Assembly: GCA_965203805.1 (NCBI GenBank)
Contig: OZ241917.1
Coordinates: forward strand, 5,728,001 to 5,792,000
From: Candidatus Latescibacterota bacterium
Lineage (GTDB): Bacteria; Latescibacterota; UBA2968; GCA-2709665
Length of the DNA stretch: 64,000 bases
Direction: 5' to 3'
Positions within the stretch are counted from its first letter, which is position 1; every line of letters begins with the position of its first letter. Below, piece after piece: positions 21,711 through 32,314 of this stretch. The notes under the pieces are model-generated. The model saw nothing but the letters and a program-made list of their open reading frames with translations, searched no databases and had not been told where the DNA came from. Made by a program: the position numbers and the translations under genes.

Positions 21711-21903
21711 ACCCTAATTCCGCAAAGGCCGCAACGCGGCACCGCGACGAAACCTTCCGAAACGGGCCGAAATGGCTGTCAGGAAGGACGTTTTTTCCGT
21801 TCACGTCCAGTGACCTGGTGTATCCTGGTAATCCGCAGTCTAATCGCCTTTATTAACCCGCACATATTCGAATTGACGTCCCCGAAAATTGATGAATCAA
21901 GGT
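21711..21903. mobile_element. MITE-like element copy A (193 bp); IS copy 2 inserted at its right end
   Basis: Ends ACCCTAATTC...GAATCAAGGT; internal sequence closely matches 46733-46925. Confidence 0.7.
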
Positions 21904-21904
21904 T

Positions 21905-23727
21905 GAGTCCCCTCCGAGAAGGGGGTTCAGGAAGATTTCGTGTGTAGGTGTCAGTGTTGTGTATTGAGAGGTCGCGTTGCGTGGTGAAAGTGCATCGGGT
22001 TGCGGCCCATCAACACAGAGGCGGTTTACGAGGTTGCTCGCGTGGTTTTGGGGCAAGGATATGCATAAAAAAGTCGCATCTTATGCGGGGAGCATCGTGG
22101 GTGAGGTGAGGTAATTCTGGATCCGAACGAGATTGACCCATAAGCCACGACAGTGCGCCCACAGCTGATGTGGCATCAATCCACGATAGCGAGTTTTGCC
22201 GTTTCGGGTGTAATAGCTCAACTGGAAGAGGCTGGCTTCGACGTTATTGCGTCGGTTTCTGATGTGTTCAGGCAGGGCTTCACTCTGTTTGCGTTTGATG
22301 TAGTTGTCGATGGCCTGTTCTTTAAAGTATCGGGGTTTGCCATCCATGATGAGTTTGTATTTCCCCGGTTTGTATTCTTGGGCAAGCTGCACGGCTTGGG
22401 TATTTCGATCCATGACTTCGACGCCTTCTCTTGTTCGTCGATAAATGAAACGCCCTGGGGTTCCTTGCAGGCCACTGTAATAGAATTGCTTGTCGTGTTC
22501 GTTTGCGTACTCGGCGTTGGATTGATCATTATAGGCCCCATCCATCGACACGTCTCGAACCTGCCCTACCACGTGCTGTGTGCGCCCTACGGCCGCTTGC
22601 ACAAACGCGTTGTCGGGCGCTGTCGCGGATTTGACGTCAATGTCCGTGATCAAATTGAGGCCCTCCTCACCGCAGGTCTCGGTGAGGTTCACACTGTATC
22701 CTTTCACCTTCGCTTCCCCTTTCTTACGAAAGGCCGCATCTTCGTCATCGGGGGACTGCAAGGAGGATGCGGAGATCTCATCAGGCGGCTTGGGAAGCAC
22801 CTGTTTGGAGGAGGATAAAACCGAATACTGGTCTCCAAAAACACGCGCCATCACACCATAGTGATCGCTGTCTTTCTCGGTATAGATCGCTTGAAGCCTG
22901 CTCAATAACACACCGTATTCCTGTAGCTTCTCACCTTTTTCAGCACGGGTGAGACGGTAGACAACCTGATGGGGCTTCACCTTGAGCATTCCGTCCAGAA
23001 CCTGCCGGTGTTTTCCTGATAATCGCCGCTTCCGGGCCTCGTCCAACGATCCCCAGAACCGTTGTAAACAACCCACCACCAACTGCAACCGACAACATAG
23101 CGCAATGTTCGAGCCGATTAACTTACTGTCCATTCGGATTTGCTGACCCAGCACACCAAAGGCGTCGGCCTGCGTCTTCGTTAAGCTGCTAAAGGTCTCG
23201 CCAACCAGATCCCGACCGGTTTTCAGTTGATACGCATACAAGGACTGTTTGAACAGATAATACGTCGACTCCACAGGCGCCTCATCAGACAGATTCATCA
23301 ACCCCAATGCCCGCATCGCCAGGATATTGAACCGACATTGCTCGAACAGTTGTGCATCGCTCCACCCGAAGCCCTCCTTCAAGACCATCATCGCCGCCAA
23401 CTGACGAATCGGGGCATTGGGACGGCCTATGTCGGGATCAAACAACACGGAAAACACATCCTCGTCGATCTCTGACGTGATGTGCTGGTAAAACAGATTA
23501 TGCCACGACTTCGGATCATTCAACTGCGCCTGCTTCCGCTGTGTGAAATGCGACTCGAAATTCGAAAACAGATCCGGTTGACTGCACGACGCACTCGGCT
23601 TATACATCTGTCCTCTCCCACGCTCTCTACAATTGTAATTCTCAATACTTCATCCTTGCTGACTTTTCACACTTCGAATTTAGTACTTTCACCAGCATAA
23701 GTAAATGCGACTTTTCGGAGTGGACTC
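21905..23727 (-). mobile_element. Insertion sequence copy 2, 1823 bp, inverted relative to copy 1
   Basis: Same IRs; TSD AAGGTT at 21899-21904 and 23728-23733; identical 508-aa protein. Confidence 0.95.
22081..23607 (-). CDS. Transposase (same protein as 13644-15170)
   Basis: Identical translation in ORF track. Confidence 0.9.
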   Translation of the reverse strand: MYKPSASCSQPDLFSNFESHFTQRKQAQLNDPKSWHNLFYQHITSEIDEDVFSVLFDPDIGRPNAPIRQLAAMMVLKEGFGWSDAQLFEQCRFNILAMRALGLMNLSDEAPVESTYYLFKQSLYAYQLKTGRDLVGETFSSLTKTQADAFGVLGQQIRMDSKLIGSNIALCCRLQLVVGCLQRFWGSLDEARKRRLSGKHRQVLDGMLKVKPHQVVYRLTRAEKGEKLQEYGVLLSRLQAIYTEKDSDHYGVMARVFGDQYSVLSSSKQVLPKPPDEISASSLQSPDDEDAAFRKKGEAKVKGYSVNLTETCGEEGLNLITDIDVKSATAPDNAFVQAAVGRTQHVVGQVRDVSMDGAYNDQSNAEYANEHDKQFYYSGLQGTPGRFIYRRTREGVEVMDRNTQAVQLAQEYKPGKYKLIMDGKPRYFKEQAIDNYIKRKQSEALPEHIRNRRNNVEASLFQLSYYTRNGKTRYRGLMPHQLWAHCRGLWVNLVRIQNYLTSPTMLPA

Positions 23728-23789
23728 AAGGTTAAATATAACTCCCCATTCTGTGCCGGATTTGATGTCTAACTTCTGTCGAATACTTC

Positions 23790-23818
23790 TTGACAATTTC
23801 AATCAGAGTGGATATTTT
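23790..23818 (+). promoter_or_regulatory. Putative sigma70 promoter upstream of the second ABC locus
   Basis: TTGACA-17 nt-TATTTT. Confidence 0.45.
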
Positions 23819-24212
23819 AGTCCGATCAAGCACGAGGTCGGACGGTTAAGAATTCGAAACGAAAGTTGTCAGGGAATTCGCCCATGTGTTCGATTTCCTT
23901 TAATTTGCCCAAAGCAATCCTGGTTCATAATCGTGCAGCCATGGCCGAAGGGCATAGCGTATCCGGAAATGCGCGATGCGGTTTGTAACAGTATCAGCAA
24001 CAGCACAAATTCAGACCGCCATCGATGCCGATTCGATGGCGGTTTTTTGTTATCTATCTGCCATCGAGATTGACGATGCGCCAATAACCTGGATTCGACA
24101 TTTGAATGGGATTTCAATACTCGGATTCTGGAGTTTTCGCATAAGTGTCACCATTGGACGTATCCGCTGCTGCATCATGCCGCCATAATTACGGAGGTTC
24201 ACAAAAACTCGC

Positions 24213-25217
24213 ATGCCAATCATCGTTGTTGAAAAACTGAAAAAAGAATACCGGAGGCAGAAGCGAACGGCCGGCCTGGCGGGTTCCGTCCGAAGCCTGT
24301 TTTCGCGCGAGTATGAGACAATACTCGCGGTTGATGATGTTTCTTTCCACGTTGAAGAGGGCGAGGTTGTCGGCTATATCGGCGCGAACGGGGCGGGTAA
24401 GTCTACGACGATCAAAATGCTCGTTGGTATCCTTGTCCCGACGTCAGGCCTTGTCACAGTGCGCGGTCTGGTGCCTCATGAAAACAGAGTTGAAAATGCA
24501 AAAAAGATGGGGGTTGTGTTTGGGCAAAGAACACAATTATGGTGGGATATACCCGTATCCGAGTCATTGAACCTGATGCGTCACATGTTCAAGATTCCCG
24601 AGAAGCGCTTCAACGAAAATATCGCTCTTTTCGGAGAAATCCTCGATCTCAGGGATTTTATCAACACACCCGTCCGCCAACTCAGCCTCGGACAACGAAT
24701 GAGAGCGGATATCTGTGCGGCATTGTTGCACGATCCCGACATTTTATATCTGGATGAGCCAACAATTGGATTGGACGTCGTTGCCAAGGAACGCATCAGG
24801 GAGTTCATCAAGAGCGTGAATCGTGAAAGAGGCACAACGGTCATTCTCACCACGCATGACATGTCGGATATTGAAAAGCTCTGCTCGAGAGTCATGGTGA
24901 TCGACAAGGGCAGCATTGTCTACGATGGACAATTACAACAGCTCAAAGAGAAATACGGGACCGAAGAGACGCTGACGATTGTAACCGACGGCGGTTCGAT
25001 AGATGATAAGGATCTGGGCAAACTGGGCATCCGGGACGTCAGCCGCGAGGGAAACAGGTACACATTCCGATATGACAAGCGAAACGTGAATTCTTCTTCT
25101 CTGATCCAATTTGCCCTGGACCACTGTCAAATACGTGATTTTGACGTCCAACAAGCTGAAATCGAGGAAGTGATTCGCCGGCTGTACTTGAGTATGGCTG
25201 ACCAGAGACACGGTTAG
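24213..25217 (+). CDS. ABC exporter ATP-binding protein (DrrA-like)
   Basis: GANGAGKST, FGQRTQLWWD, LSLGQRMR, LDEPTIGLD, TTHD. Confidence 0.95.
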   Translation: MPIIVVEKLKKEYRRQKRTAGLAGSVRSLFSREYETILAVDDVSFHVEEGEVVGYIGANGAGKSTTIKMLVGILVPTSGLVTVRGLVPHENRVENAKKMGVVFGQRTQLWWDIPVSESLNLMRHMFKIPEKRFNENIALFGEILDLRDFINTPVRQLSLGQRMRADICAALLHDPDILYLDEPTIGLDVVAKERIREFIKSVNRERGTTVILTTHDMSDIEKLCSRVMVIDKGSIVYDGQLQQLKEKYGTEETLTIVTDGGSIDDKDLGKLGIRDVSREGNRYTFRYDKRNVNSSSLIQFALDHCQIRDFDVQQAEIEEVIRRLYLSMADQRHG

Positions 25218-25315
25218 TCTGCAGGTTTTATAAGGGTGCGTACAGGAGGTCGCCCCGTCTTAAGGGTGGGTTCGCATTGACTTAAACGTGTTCCGACGTC
25301 AGAATCGATTCCAAA

Positions 25316-26119
25316 ATGCGAGTATACTTCGAGTTTATAAAAAATGGAGCACAGACCGAACTGGCATACAGAATGAGCGTTTTTCTTAGAATTGCCAGTC
25401 AACTATTCATTCTTGTCGTGAGAGTCGCAATGTGGAACGCATTGCTAAAGGCAGCAGGTGGTGGGGTTTCCACGGACATGGGGTACGTAAATCTTGAAGA
25501 TATGATGACTTACAATGTTATGAGTTCTGTAGCGACAATATTGATATCGACAACTGTCCTCAATGAAGTCGACGAAAAAATCAAGTCAGGCCAGGTTAGT
25601 ATAGACCTGATAAGACCGTTCAACTTCAAGGGATCCCTGTTTTGCTCGACAATCGGTACAAACTCCGTAAAGGCAGCGATAGAAGCGTTACCTCTCCTCA
25701 TTATTTCAATTCTGCTCTATGACATAAGCATGCCATCGTTGAAATATCAGCTCCTATCCTCGTTTTGTCTTGTCAACGCCCTCATTTTACTCTTCATGCT
25801 CAATTACGTGCTCGGGCTTCTGGGATTCTGGTATCTTTCGGTGTGGCAGTTCAGGATGATTGTAGGGATGCTGGTCATGATTTTGGGCGGGCAACAGATA
25901 CCGCTCTGGTTTTTTCCGGACTATCTTGTCGATGCCTCTGCGTACCTCCCCTTCAGGCTGGTCTACTTTGCTCCTCTATCGATATTTCTTGAAAAGACAA
26001 CCTTGATAGGTTCGCTAAGTTTAATTCTCCAGCAATTTCTGTGGATCGGATTTCTTGTCTTCATAGAAAGAACTGTTTGGTCCAGAGGAATAAGAAAGCT
26101 CGTCATTCAGGGAGGCTAG
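25316..26119 (+). CDS. ABC-2 family permease (ABC2_membrane_6-like), subunit 1
   Basis: LAYR, IKSGQVSIDLIRP, PLWFFP, LPF, C-term LVIQGG. Confidence 0.88.
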   Translation: MRVYFEFIKNGAQTELAYRMSVFLRIASQLFILVVRVAMWNALLKAAGGGVSTDMGYVNLEDMMTYNVMSSVATILISTTVLNEVDEKIKSGQVSIDLIRPFNFKGSLFCSTIGTNSVKAAIEALPLLIISILLYDISMPSLKYQLLSSFCLVNALILLFMLNYVLGLLGFWYLSVWQFRMIVGMLVMILGGQQIPLWFFPDYLVDASAYLPFRLVYFAPLSIFLEKTTLIGSLSLILQQFLWIGFLVFIERTVWSRGIRKLVIQGG

Positions 26120-26121
26120 AA

Positions 26122-26946
26122 GTGGGCAACCTTCCATTGTATCGTGGGTTTATTGCCGCCCATATGAAGGCGCAGATGGAATATCGATTCGGGTTTTTCG
26201 TAGAACATGCCGTCTTAATGTTGTACTACTGCATTTCATATCTGGGCCTTTGGATAGTCCTTGAGAAATTTCAGACTATCGCTGGCTGGACATTCTATGA
26301 AGTATTGCTTCTTTTCAGCCTCAACCTCTTTGCGTATTCCATGAGCAGTTTTTTCTTCGGGTTTGGGTCCATGCGCAATATGGACAGGCTTGTCCAGCGA
26401 GGAACCTTCGATAGCCTGTTGATCTTTCCTCTGAATCCGTTGGTACACCTCGCATTGAAACACTTCTCGAACAGCTATGTCGCTCATTCGGTCCTCTGTA
26501 TTGTAATCTTCGTCGTGTGTTTCGAAGAATTAGACGTCAAACTTGGACCGCTGGATGTTCTGCTTTTTTGTGTAGTATTGATAGGTGGCGCGTTGATTCA
26601 GGCTGCGGCAATGATATCGACAGGAACCATAAGCTTCTGGTTTGTTCGGTCGACATCCGCGGTAGACGGGGCAATGCAATACACGGCTAAATTTGTGGAC
26701 TATCCGATTGTTATCTATCAACGGTGGGTTCAGGTCGTTTTGACTTTCATACTTCCGTTCGCCTTTATCAGTTTCTACCCTGCAGAGACGTTTCTCGGTC
26801 GAAACAATACCTCCGTACTACATGGTATCTTGATTTTCGATCCACTGTTTCAATTCGGAACGCCATTGGTCGGGGCAGTCTTGTTCTTTTTCGCGTACAT
26901 GTTCTGGAAGTGGGGAATCAACCACTATCAGAGTACTGGTACTTGA
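26122..26946 (+). CDS. ABC-2 family permease (ABC2_membrane_6-like), subunit 2
   Basis: MEYR, GWTFYE, GTFDSLL, YPI.IY, C-term YQSTGT; GTG start at 26122 after GGAGG. Confidence 0.88.
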   Translation: MGNLPLYRGFIAAHMKAQMEYRFGFFVEHAVLMLYYCISYLGLWIVLEKFQTIAGWTFYEVLLLFSLNLFAYSMSSFFFGFGSMRNMDRLVQRGTFDSLLIFPLNPLVHLALKHFSNSYVAHSVLCIVIFVVCFEELDVKLGPLDVLLFCVVLIGGALIQAAAMISTGTISFWFVRSTSAVDGAMQYTAKFVDYPIVIYQRWVQVVLTFILPFAFISFYPAETFLGRNNTSVLHGILIFDPLFQFGTPLVGAVLFFFAYMFWKWGINHYQSTGT

Positions 26947-26975
26947 ACAACCTATCGATCAGGTAGTCACATAAA

Positions 26976-28034
26976 ATGGCGAAAATCCCTTCCATACTCA
27001 GGTTTGCAATCCGTGCAATAGCGGCATTATTCCTGGTGGCTACCGTTCTGTGGCTCGTGAAGATCGACCAGGTCGCAGTCGGCGAGGGGCTCGTTGCGTC
27101 TGAACACGAAACCTGGATTAGTTCCCTCGTTGAAGCTCGTGTGGAGTCCGTCATAATCAAAGAAGGCGAAATGGTAGCTCTCGGCGACACATTGGTTAAA
27201 CTGGATGGTTCGAATGCCAGGCTTCAATTGGACGAAGCCGAACAACTGTACAGAACGGCTATAGCCGAACGGGAGGTTAGTCGCGCCGAGCTTGAGATCC
27301 TGGAAACTCCCCCTTCCAAGAATATCATCGCAATGCTTCAATCTGAGTTGCGATCCTCACGAGAACAACTGGATCACGCCGAGGGGCAACTTCGCAGAGA
27401 ACGCGAACTGATGCTTCGCGGCGGGCTTACATCTGCAGAGGAGTTGGCGAAAGCAGTCTTGGACTCCAAATTAACAGCCCTTCGGGTTCAGAAAATCGCA
27501 TCCACAATAGCTGCTGAACAGGAGGAACCGATCGCTGCTCGCGTACGGAAGGCTCGTTTCGACCTGCAAGCCAATCAGGCTCTGGTCCGTAGAGCCGAGG
27601 TTGAAATCACAAAAAAAAGCAGGAACCTGGCCGACCACGCTCTCGTTGCTCCTGATTCCGGACGGGTTCATCTGGTGTTGGTCAGGTGGGGCGATATGGT
27701 CGCTGTGGGTGACTCTCTTCTATTGCTCGTACCGAATGGACGTAAGTATGGGAGATGTATGGTGCCGGCAAAATACGGACCCTGGATGGAGGTTGGACAA
27801 AGAGTGACGATTTCGCCAGTCTGGGAACGGTCGTACGAGCTATCTGGAAAGGTCAGTGCGGTTCGTCGACATGTCCGGAAAAATCACCTCTCAGTGTTGG
27901 TCGATGTTGGTTTTGACTCGCCTCCTCCGCTGACGTTGGGCGATAAAATCAGAGTTGAAATAACGCTCAGACGGAGTGGATTGTTGAAGCTATTATTGTT
28001 CCCGTTCGACTGGGAACAGGCCACAACCTGGTAA
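26976..28034 (+). CDS. HlyD-like membrane fusion protein
   Basis: N-term TM, V..V.IKEGEMVALGDTLVKLD lipoyl half, coiled-coil hairpin, LVAP.SG.V. Confidence 0.85.
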   Translation: MAKIPSILRFAIRAIAALFLVATVLWLVKIDQVAVGEGLVASEHETWISSLVEARVESVIIKEGEMVALGDTLVKLDGSNARLQLDEAEQLYRTAIAEREVSRAELEILETPPSKNIIAMLQSELRSSREQLDHAEGQLRRERELMLRGGLTSAEELAKAVLDSKLTALRVQKIASTIAAEQEEPIAARVRKARFDLQANQALVRRAEVEITKKSRNLADHALVAPDSGRVHLVLVRWGDMVAVGDSLLLLVPNGRKYGRCMVPAKYGPWMEVGQRVTISPVWERSYELSGKVSAVRRHVRKNHLSVLVDVGFDSPPPLTLGDKIRVEITLRRSGLLKLLLFPFDWEQATTW

Positions 28035-28141
28035 GAATGATAGAACGCGGATACTCGTCGATGCGGCGCATCAGTGGCTTTGCGTTCCCGCCTTGGCCGT
28101 CAGAATCAGGACGTTCCCGATACCCGCCCGCCTGAGTGAGA

Positions 28142-28265
28142 CATAAGGCGACAGTCAACTCCACGGCAGTAATCCATGGTACGCCGCCGCGTGAGGGACT
28201 TTGTCGTCAGAGAGACCGGGATTGACGAAGCAATCAGAAGGATGTACCTGGCCAGGTCCAATTGA
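28142..28265 (+). pseudogene. C-terminal relic of a second ABC ATPase
   Basis: HKATVNSTAVI then (frameshift) VRDFVVRETGIDEAIRRMYLARSN* aligns to KRNVNSSSLI...IRDFDVQQAEIEEVIRRLYL of 24213-25217. Confidence 0.75.
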
Positions 28266-28288
28266 ACCGTCTCGAAGGCGGCCATGAC

Positions 28289-29089
28289 ATGAAAGTCTAC
28301 ATTGAATTCCTGAAGAACGCCTTCCAGTCCAATCTGGCTTACAAGATGAATGTATTCCTGAGCCTGATCAGCTCGATCGTCATCCTGCTTGTACAGATCT
28401 ATTTCTGGCGCGCGCTGTTCCGGGATATCGGTCAGACAACGACGCATATGGGCGTGATCAGCTTTCGGGATATGGTCACGTACACACTCGTCAGCACCGG
28501 AATCTCCATTGCGATCAGCACAAGAACCCTGTCCGCTGTCAGTGGCAAGATCAGAACGGGGGAGATAGCGATGGACCTCATCAAGCCGGTGAGTCTGAAG
28601 GGCATGCTGTTTTTCGATGCGCTCGGAAACAACAGCTTCAGGATGGTTTTCGAGCTGATGCCCTTTCTGATCGTGGGCGTTCTGATGTTCGGCATTCGCC
28701 TTCCCTCTGAGCCGTACCTGATCCTGTTCGTGATTTCCGCGATCAACGGAATGATGATCTATTTTTCGATCAGCTATCTGATCGGACTCATCGGGTTCTG
28801 GTTCCTTGCCGTTGGATCCTTGAGCATGCTCTTCAACGTTCTCATCAACGTATTCTCAGGAGAGATGGTACCGTTATGGTTCTTCCCTGATTTCCTGTAC
28901 GATCTTTCGGCGTTTCTGCCGTTCCGTCTTATCTATTTTGCGCCGCTTGCGATATTTCTCGAGAAAACAGTCATGGCAGACGCGATAGGCTTTGTCCTCC
29001 AGCAATTCCTGTGGATAGGAATCCTGGCGGGAATTGAGAGAATTATGTGGATGAGGGCGGTGAGAAAGCTCGTCATACAGGGTGGTTGA
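28289..29089 (+). CDS. ABC-2 family permease, paralog of 25316
   Basis: MKVYIEFLKN vs MRVYFEFIKN; same LVIQGG end. Confidence 0.88.
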   Translation: MKVYIEFLKNAFQSNLAYKMNVFLSLISSIVILLVQIYFWRALFRDIGQTTTHMGVISFRDMVTYTLVSTGISIAISTRTLSAVSGKIRTGEIAMDLIKPVSLKGMLFFDALGNNSFRMVFELMPFLIVGVLMFGIRLPSEPYLILFVISAINGMMIYFSISYLIGLIGFWFLAVGSLSMLFNVLINVFSGEMVPLWFFPDFLYDLSAFLPFRLIYFAPLAIFLEKTVMADAIGFVLQQFLWIGILAGIERIMWMRAVRKLVIQGG

Positions 29090-29090
29090 A

Positions 29091-29912
29091 ATGAGTAACC
29101 TCGGATTGTACGGGCGATTTCTGGTCGTCTATCTGAAAACCCTGATTGAATACAGGTTCAATTTCTTTACATCGCAGATCATCACGATCGTCGTGTATCT
29201 GATCAGCTTTCTGGGCGTATGGATCGTCCTGAATAAGTTCAAGGTCGTTCACGGCTGGAATTTCTACGAGATCATGCTGCTGTACAATCTCAATCTGTTC
29301 TCGTACGGCGCAAGCAGTCTGTTATTCAGAGGACCCATGCGCGATCTGGAGTTCATGGTTCAGGATGGGTCGTTCGATAGTATATTGATCTATCCGATGA
29401 ACCCGTTCGTCAACCTGATCTGCCGTGATTTCAGCCATGGTTTTATGGCGCACGTCGCATTGAGTTCTGTTTTCTTTTACATATGCTTCGACAATCTGGA
29501 CATTGTGTGGACGTGGGCGAACGTCATCTGGTTCGGGCTGGTGCTGATCGGCGCCACGTTGGTCCAGGCCGCGATCATGGTACTGACGGGGACCATGAGC
29601 TTCTGGTTTGTGAGGTCGGCGGCAGTTGTCGATACGGCGATATACGGTTTGAGGAGGTTTGTCAACTATCCTCTCGGCATGTACGACAAATGGGTACAGG
29701 TACTCTTGACTTTCGTCATCCCGTACGGCTTTGTCGCCTATTTCCCTGCGGAGGATTTCTTGAACAAATCGGACGCTCCATTATTCCATGGGATCACTCT
29801 GTTCGATCCGTTATTCCAGTACGGAACGCCACTGGTCGGCATCGTAAGCTTTTTCCTGGCGTACAGACTCTGGTGTGTCGGCATCAACAGATACGAGAGT
29901 ACAGGGTCGTAG
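29091..29912 (+). CDS. ABC-2 family permease, paralog of 26122
   Basis: FDPLFQYGTPLVG, C-term YESTGS. Confidence 0.88.
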   Translation: MSNLGLYGRFLVVYLKTLIEYRFNFFTSQIITIVVYLISFLGVWIVLNKFKVVHGWNFYEIMLLYNLNLFSYGASSLLFRGPMRDLEFMVQDGSFDSILIYPMNPFVNLICRDFSHGFMAHVALSSVFFYICFDNLDIVWTWANVIWFGLVLIGATLVQAAIMVLTGTMSFWFVRSAAVVDTAIYGLRRFVNYPLGMYDKWVQVLLTFVIPYGFVAYFPAEDFLNKSDAPLFHGITLFDPLFQYGTPLVGIVSFFLAYRLWCVGINRYESTGS

Positions 29913-29933
29913 TTTCCTGCGGGCTGTGAAAAT

Positions 29934-30989
29934 ATGCTGCGTACTTCCAAATACGTTCTGCGCTTCCTCGCGGTCATTCTGGCCGTCGTCGCAGTTCTAT
30001 GGTTTGTGGAAATCGACCAGGTGGCAAAGGGAACAGGAAGAATCGTACCCGAGAGAGAAACCTGGATCAGCGGGCTCGTCAAAGCGCAGATCGCAAAGGT
30101 CTATGTGGAGGAGGGTCAACTGGTGGCGGCAGGAGATTCCCTGATTGCGTTCAAGAGCGACATTGCTGAATCGCGGCTCACCGTTGCAAGACGAGCCTAC
30201 GAGCGTTCCGTGGCCGAGCGGGAGGCCGCGAGGGCCACGCTCCAGGCCGTTGAGGCGTCGCCTCCCGAACAGGAACTGAAAGGTCTCAGTAGTGAATTGG
30301 AAGCAATGAAGGAGAAATCTCGATTGGCGAACTGGCAGTTGAAGATGGCACACCGATTATTCGATCACGGCGGGCTTGTCAGCGCTGACGATCTGGAGAA
30401 AGCCAGGTCAGATTCGATCCTCGCCACGATGCATATCGAGAAATCGTTGTCAGCGTTGGAGCTGTTGAAGTCAGGGCCGATAACTCCCCTGCGCAAGAAG
30501 GCGTTCTTTACGTTCAAGGCGAGGGATGCGGAAGTAGCCGAAGCTGAAGCCGCATACAACATGGTTCGCCGGGAAATGGGGCGCTATACACTGCGGGCGC
30601 CCGGACCGGGACGGATCCTGATGGTCCTGCGCAAGGCGGGCGGGGTTCCCTCCGTGGGCGATACGCTGATGTTGATCGGATCGGAGGATCCTGTGTTGGC
30701 CGAGTGCCACGTTCCGGCGGAGTTCGCTCCGTGGATCAGGCGAGGACAGGACGTCAATCTCTGGCCGCAGTGGGAAAGTTCATTTGAATTCTCGGGGCAG
30801 GTACAGTCGGTGCGGCGCTATGTGCAGCGAGAGGGATATCCCTCCGTACGCGTCCTTGTGAGGATCGATTCGGTGCCCCCCCTTGTTCCCGGGAACCGAC
30901 TCGTGGCCGAAGTAAAGCTGCGCCGCGCCAGTATTCTTGAGTTGATTCTGTTTCCATTTGACTGGTCAATCGCCGGCGATTCAGAATAA
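29934..30989 (+). CDS. HlyD-like membrane fusion protein, paralog of 26976
   Basis: IDQVA.G.G, ETWIS.LV, LFPFDW end shared. Confidence 0.85.
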   Translation: MLRTSKYVLRFLAVILAVVAVLWFVEIDQVAKGTGRIVPERETWISGLVKAQIAKVYVEEGQLVAAGDSLIAFKSDIAESRLTVARRAYERSVAEREAARATLQAVEASPPEQELKGLSSELEAMKEKSRLANWQLKMAHRLFDHGGLVSADDLEKARSDSILATMHIEKSLSALELLKSGPITPLRKKAFFTFKARDAEVAEAEAAYNMVRREMGRYTLRAPGPGRILMVLRKAGGVPSVGDTLMLIGSEDPVLAECHVPAEFAPWIRRGQDVNLWPQWESSFEFSGQVQSVRRYVQREGYPSVRVLVRIDSVPPLVPGNRLVAEVKLRRASILELILFPFDWSIAGDSE

Positions 30990-31037
30990 TGGGTTCGACG
31001 CGATGTACCGTGCCTGGAAAGTGACCGCGACGCCCCT

Positions 31038-32282
31038 TCACGGATAATCGCTGAAGACCTCGCTGGCGCCGGACAGGAGGTTTTGGAGACGGTCGCCGGC
31101 CTTCATCACGCCTCGGATCCGTCGCAGGCAGGCCACGTCTTCCAGCGGGTTCCCGTCCACGGCAATGATGTCCGCCAGATAACCCGGAGCGAGGCGCCCC
31201 AGCCGATCCGCCATTCCCAGCATATCGGCCGTATTCGTAGTCACGGCCCTGATCGCGTCGACGGTTGAGACGCCGAGGTCCGCCATCGCCCTGGCCTCTC
31301 GCCACAACGTCGCGTGCGTACTGTCGGTTCCGAGGCAGACTTTCACCCCGGCCAGAACGGCTTCCGGGAGATGGCGCGCCGTGCGTTCCCTGGCGCGCTC
31401 CACGCGGCGGCGCCACCAATCCATTTGCCAGGTCTCGAAGGACTCGAATCCAACCTCACGGTCGAAGAAAAGCTGAAGATTGGGGTCGCTCAGGTACGCG
31501 CCGGTCTTCACGAACAGGTCCACGTCTTCGGCCTCGAGCAGATTGGCGTGCTCGATACTGTCGATCCCCGCCTCCATGGCCCATCGCATCGCCGGGCCGC
31601 CGATCGCGTGCGCGGCCACCGGAACGCCCAGGTCGTGCGAGACGCCGATGGCCGCCTCAATCTCTTCCCGCGAATAGGCCGCCACGTCCGTAAGGTCGCC
31701 CCGCAGATAGTCCCCGAACGTATCGCCGACTCTCACGTTGGTGATGAACAGTTTCGTCCAGTCCGCCCCCTCCGACACGTTTTCACGGATTCGCGCCGCG
31801 AGTTCTGCTTCGCCGTCGGCCGGAAAGGAGAGAAAGGGCGCGGTGCCGTTCGCCGGTCGCAGCGCCCGCACACAGACCTTCAGCCGGGGTCCCACGGCCT
31901 CTTTTCGTCGGATGGCCTCCTGGAACGGCTTTTCGACACCCGCACGGTCTCCAAGCGTCCGCATGGTGGTCACGCCCGCGGCCAGGTCGCTCCTGAGATT
32001 CATCGCTCCCCGCAGGACCGCGGTTTCGGGATCCAGCGCGAAATGAACGTTCAGCGGAACGCGGAAGCGGTTGTTGGCCGTAATGTGGGCGTGGGCGTCG
32101 ATCAGGGCCGGCATCACCGTCCAGGAGGACCAGTCCAGCGTCTCCCACGTTGGATCCGCGTTCAGGGTCGCCGGCGCGCCCGCGCCCAGGACGCGGTCGC
32201 CATCGAGAATCACGACCCCGCCCGGAATCGCAGGCACGTCCGGGTCTGCGATGAGAAGCTTCGACTTGATCAGGGTCGGCAT
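31038..32282 (-). CDS. Amidohydrolase family metallo-hydrolase
   Basis: MPALIDAHAH, GVTTMR, VAAHA, SIEHA, GTDS, LAPGYLADIIAVDGNPL. Confidence 0.9.
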   Translation of the reverse strand: MPTLIKSKLLIADPDVPAIPGGVVILDGDRVLGAGAPATLNADPTWETLDWSSWTVMPALIDAHAHITANNRFRVPLNVHFALDPETAVLRGAMNLRSDLAAGVTTMRTLGDRAGVEKPFQEAIRRKEAVGPRLKVCVRALRPANGTAPFLSFPADGEAELAARIRENVSEGADWTKLFITNVRVGDTFGDYLRGDLTDVAAYSREEIEAAIGVSHDLGVPVAAHAIGGPAMRWAMEAGIDSIEHANLLEAEDVDLFVKTGAYLSDPNLQLFFDREVGFESFETWQMDWWRRRVERARERTARHLPEAVLAGVKVCLGTDSTHATLWREARAMADLGVSTVDAIRAVTTNTADMLGMADRLGRLAPGYLADIIAVDGNPLEDVACLRRIRGVMKAGDRLQNLLSGASEVFSDYP

Positions 32283-32314
32283 AGGCGGTCGGGTGCGCTC
32301 TTCGGATGCCGGGG

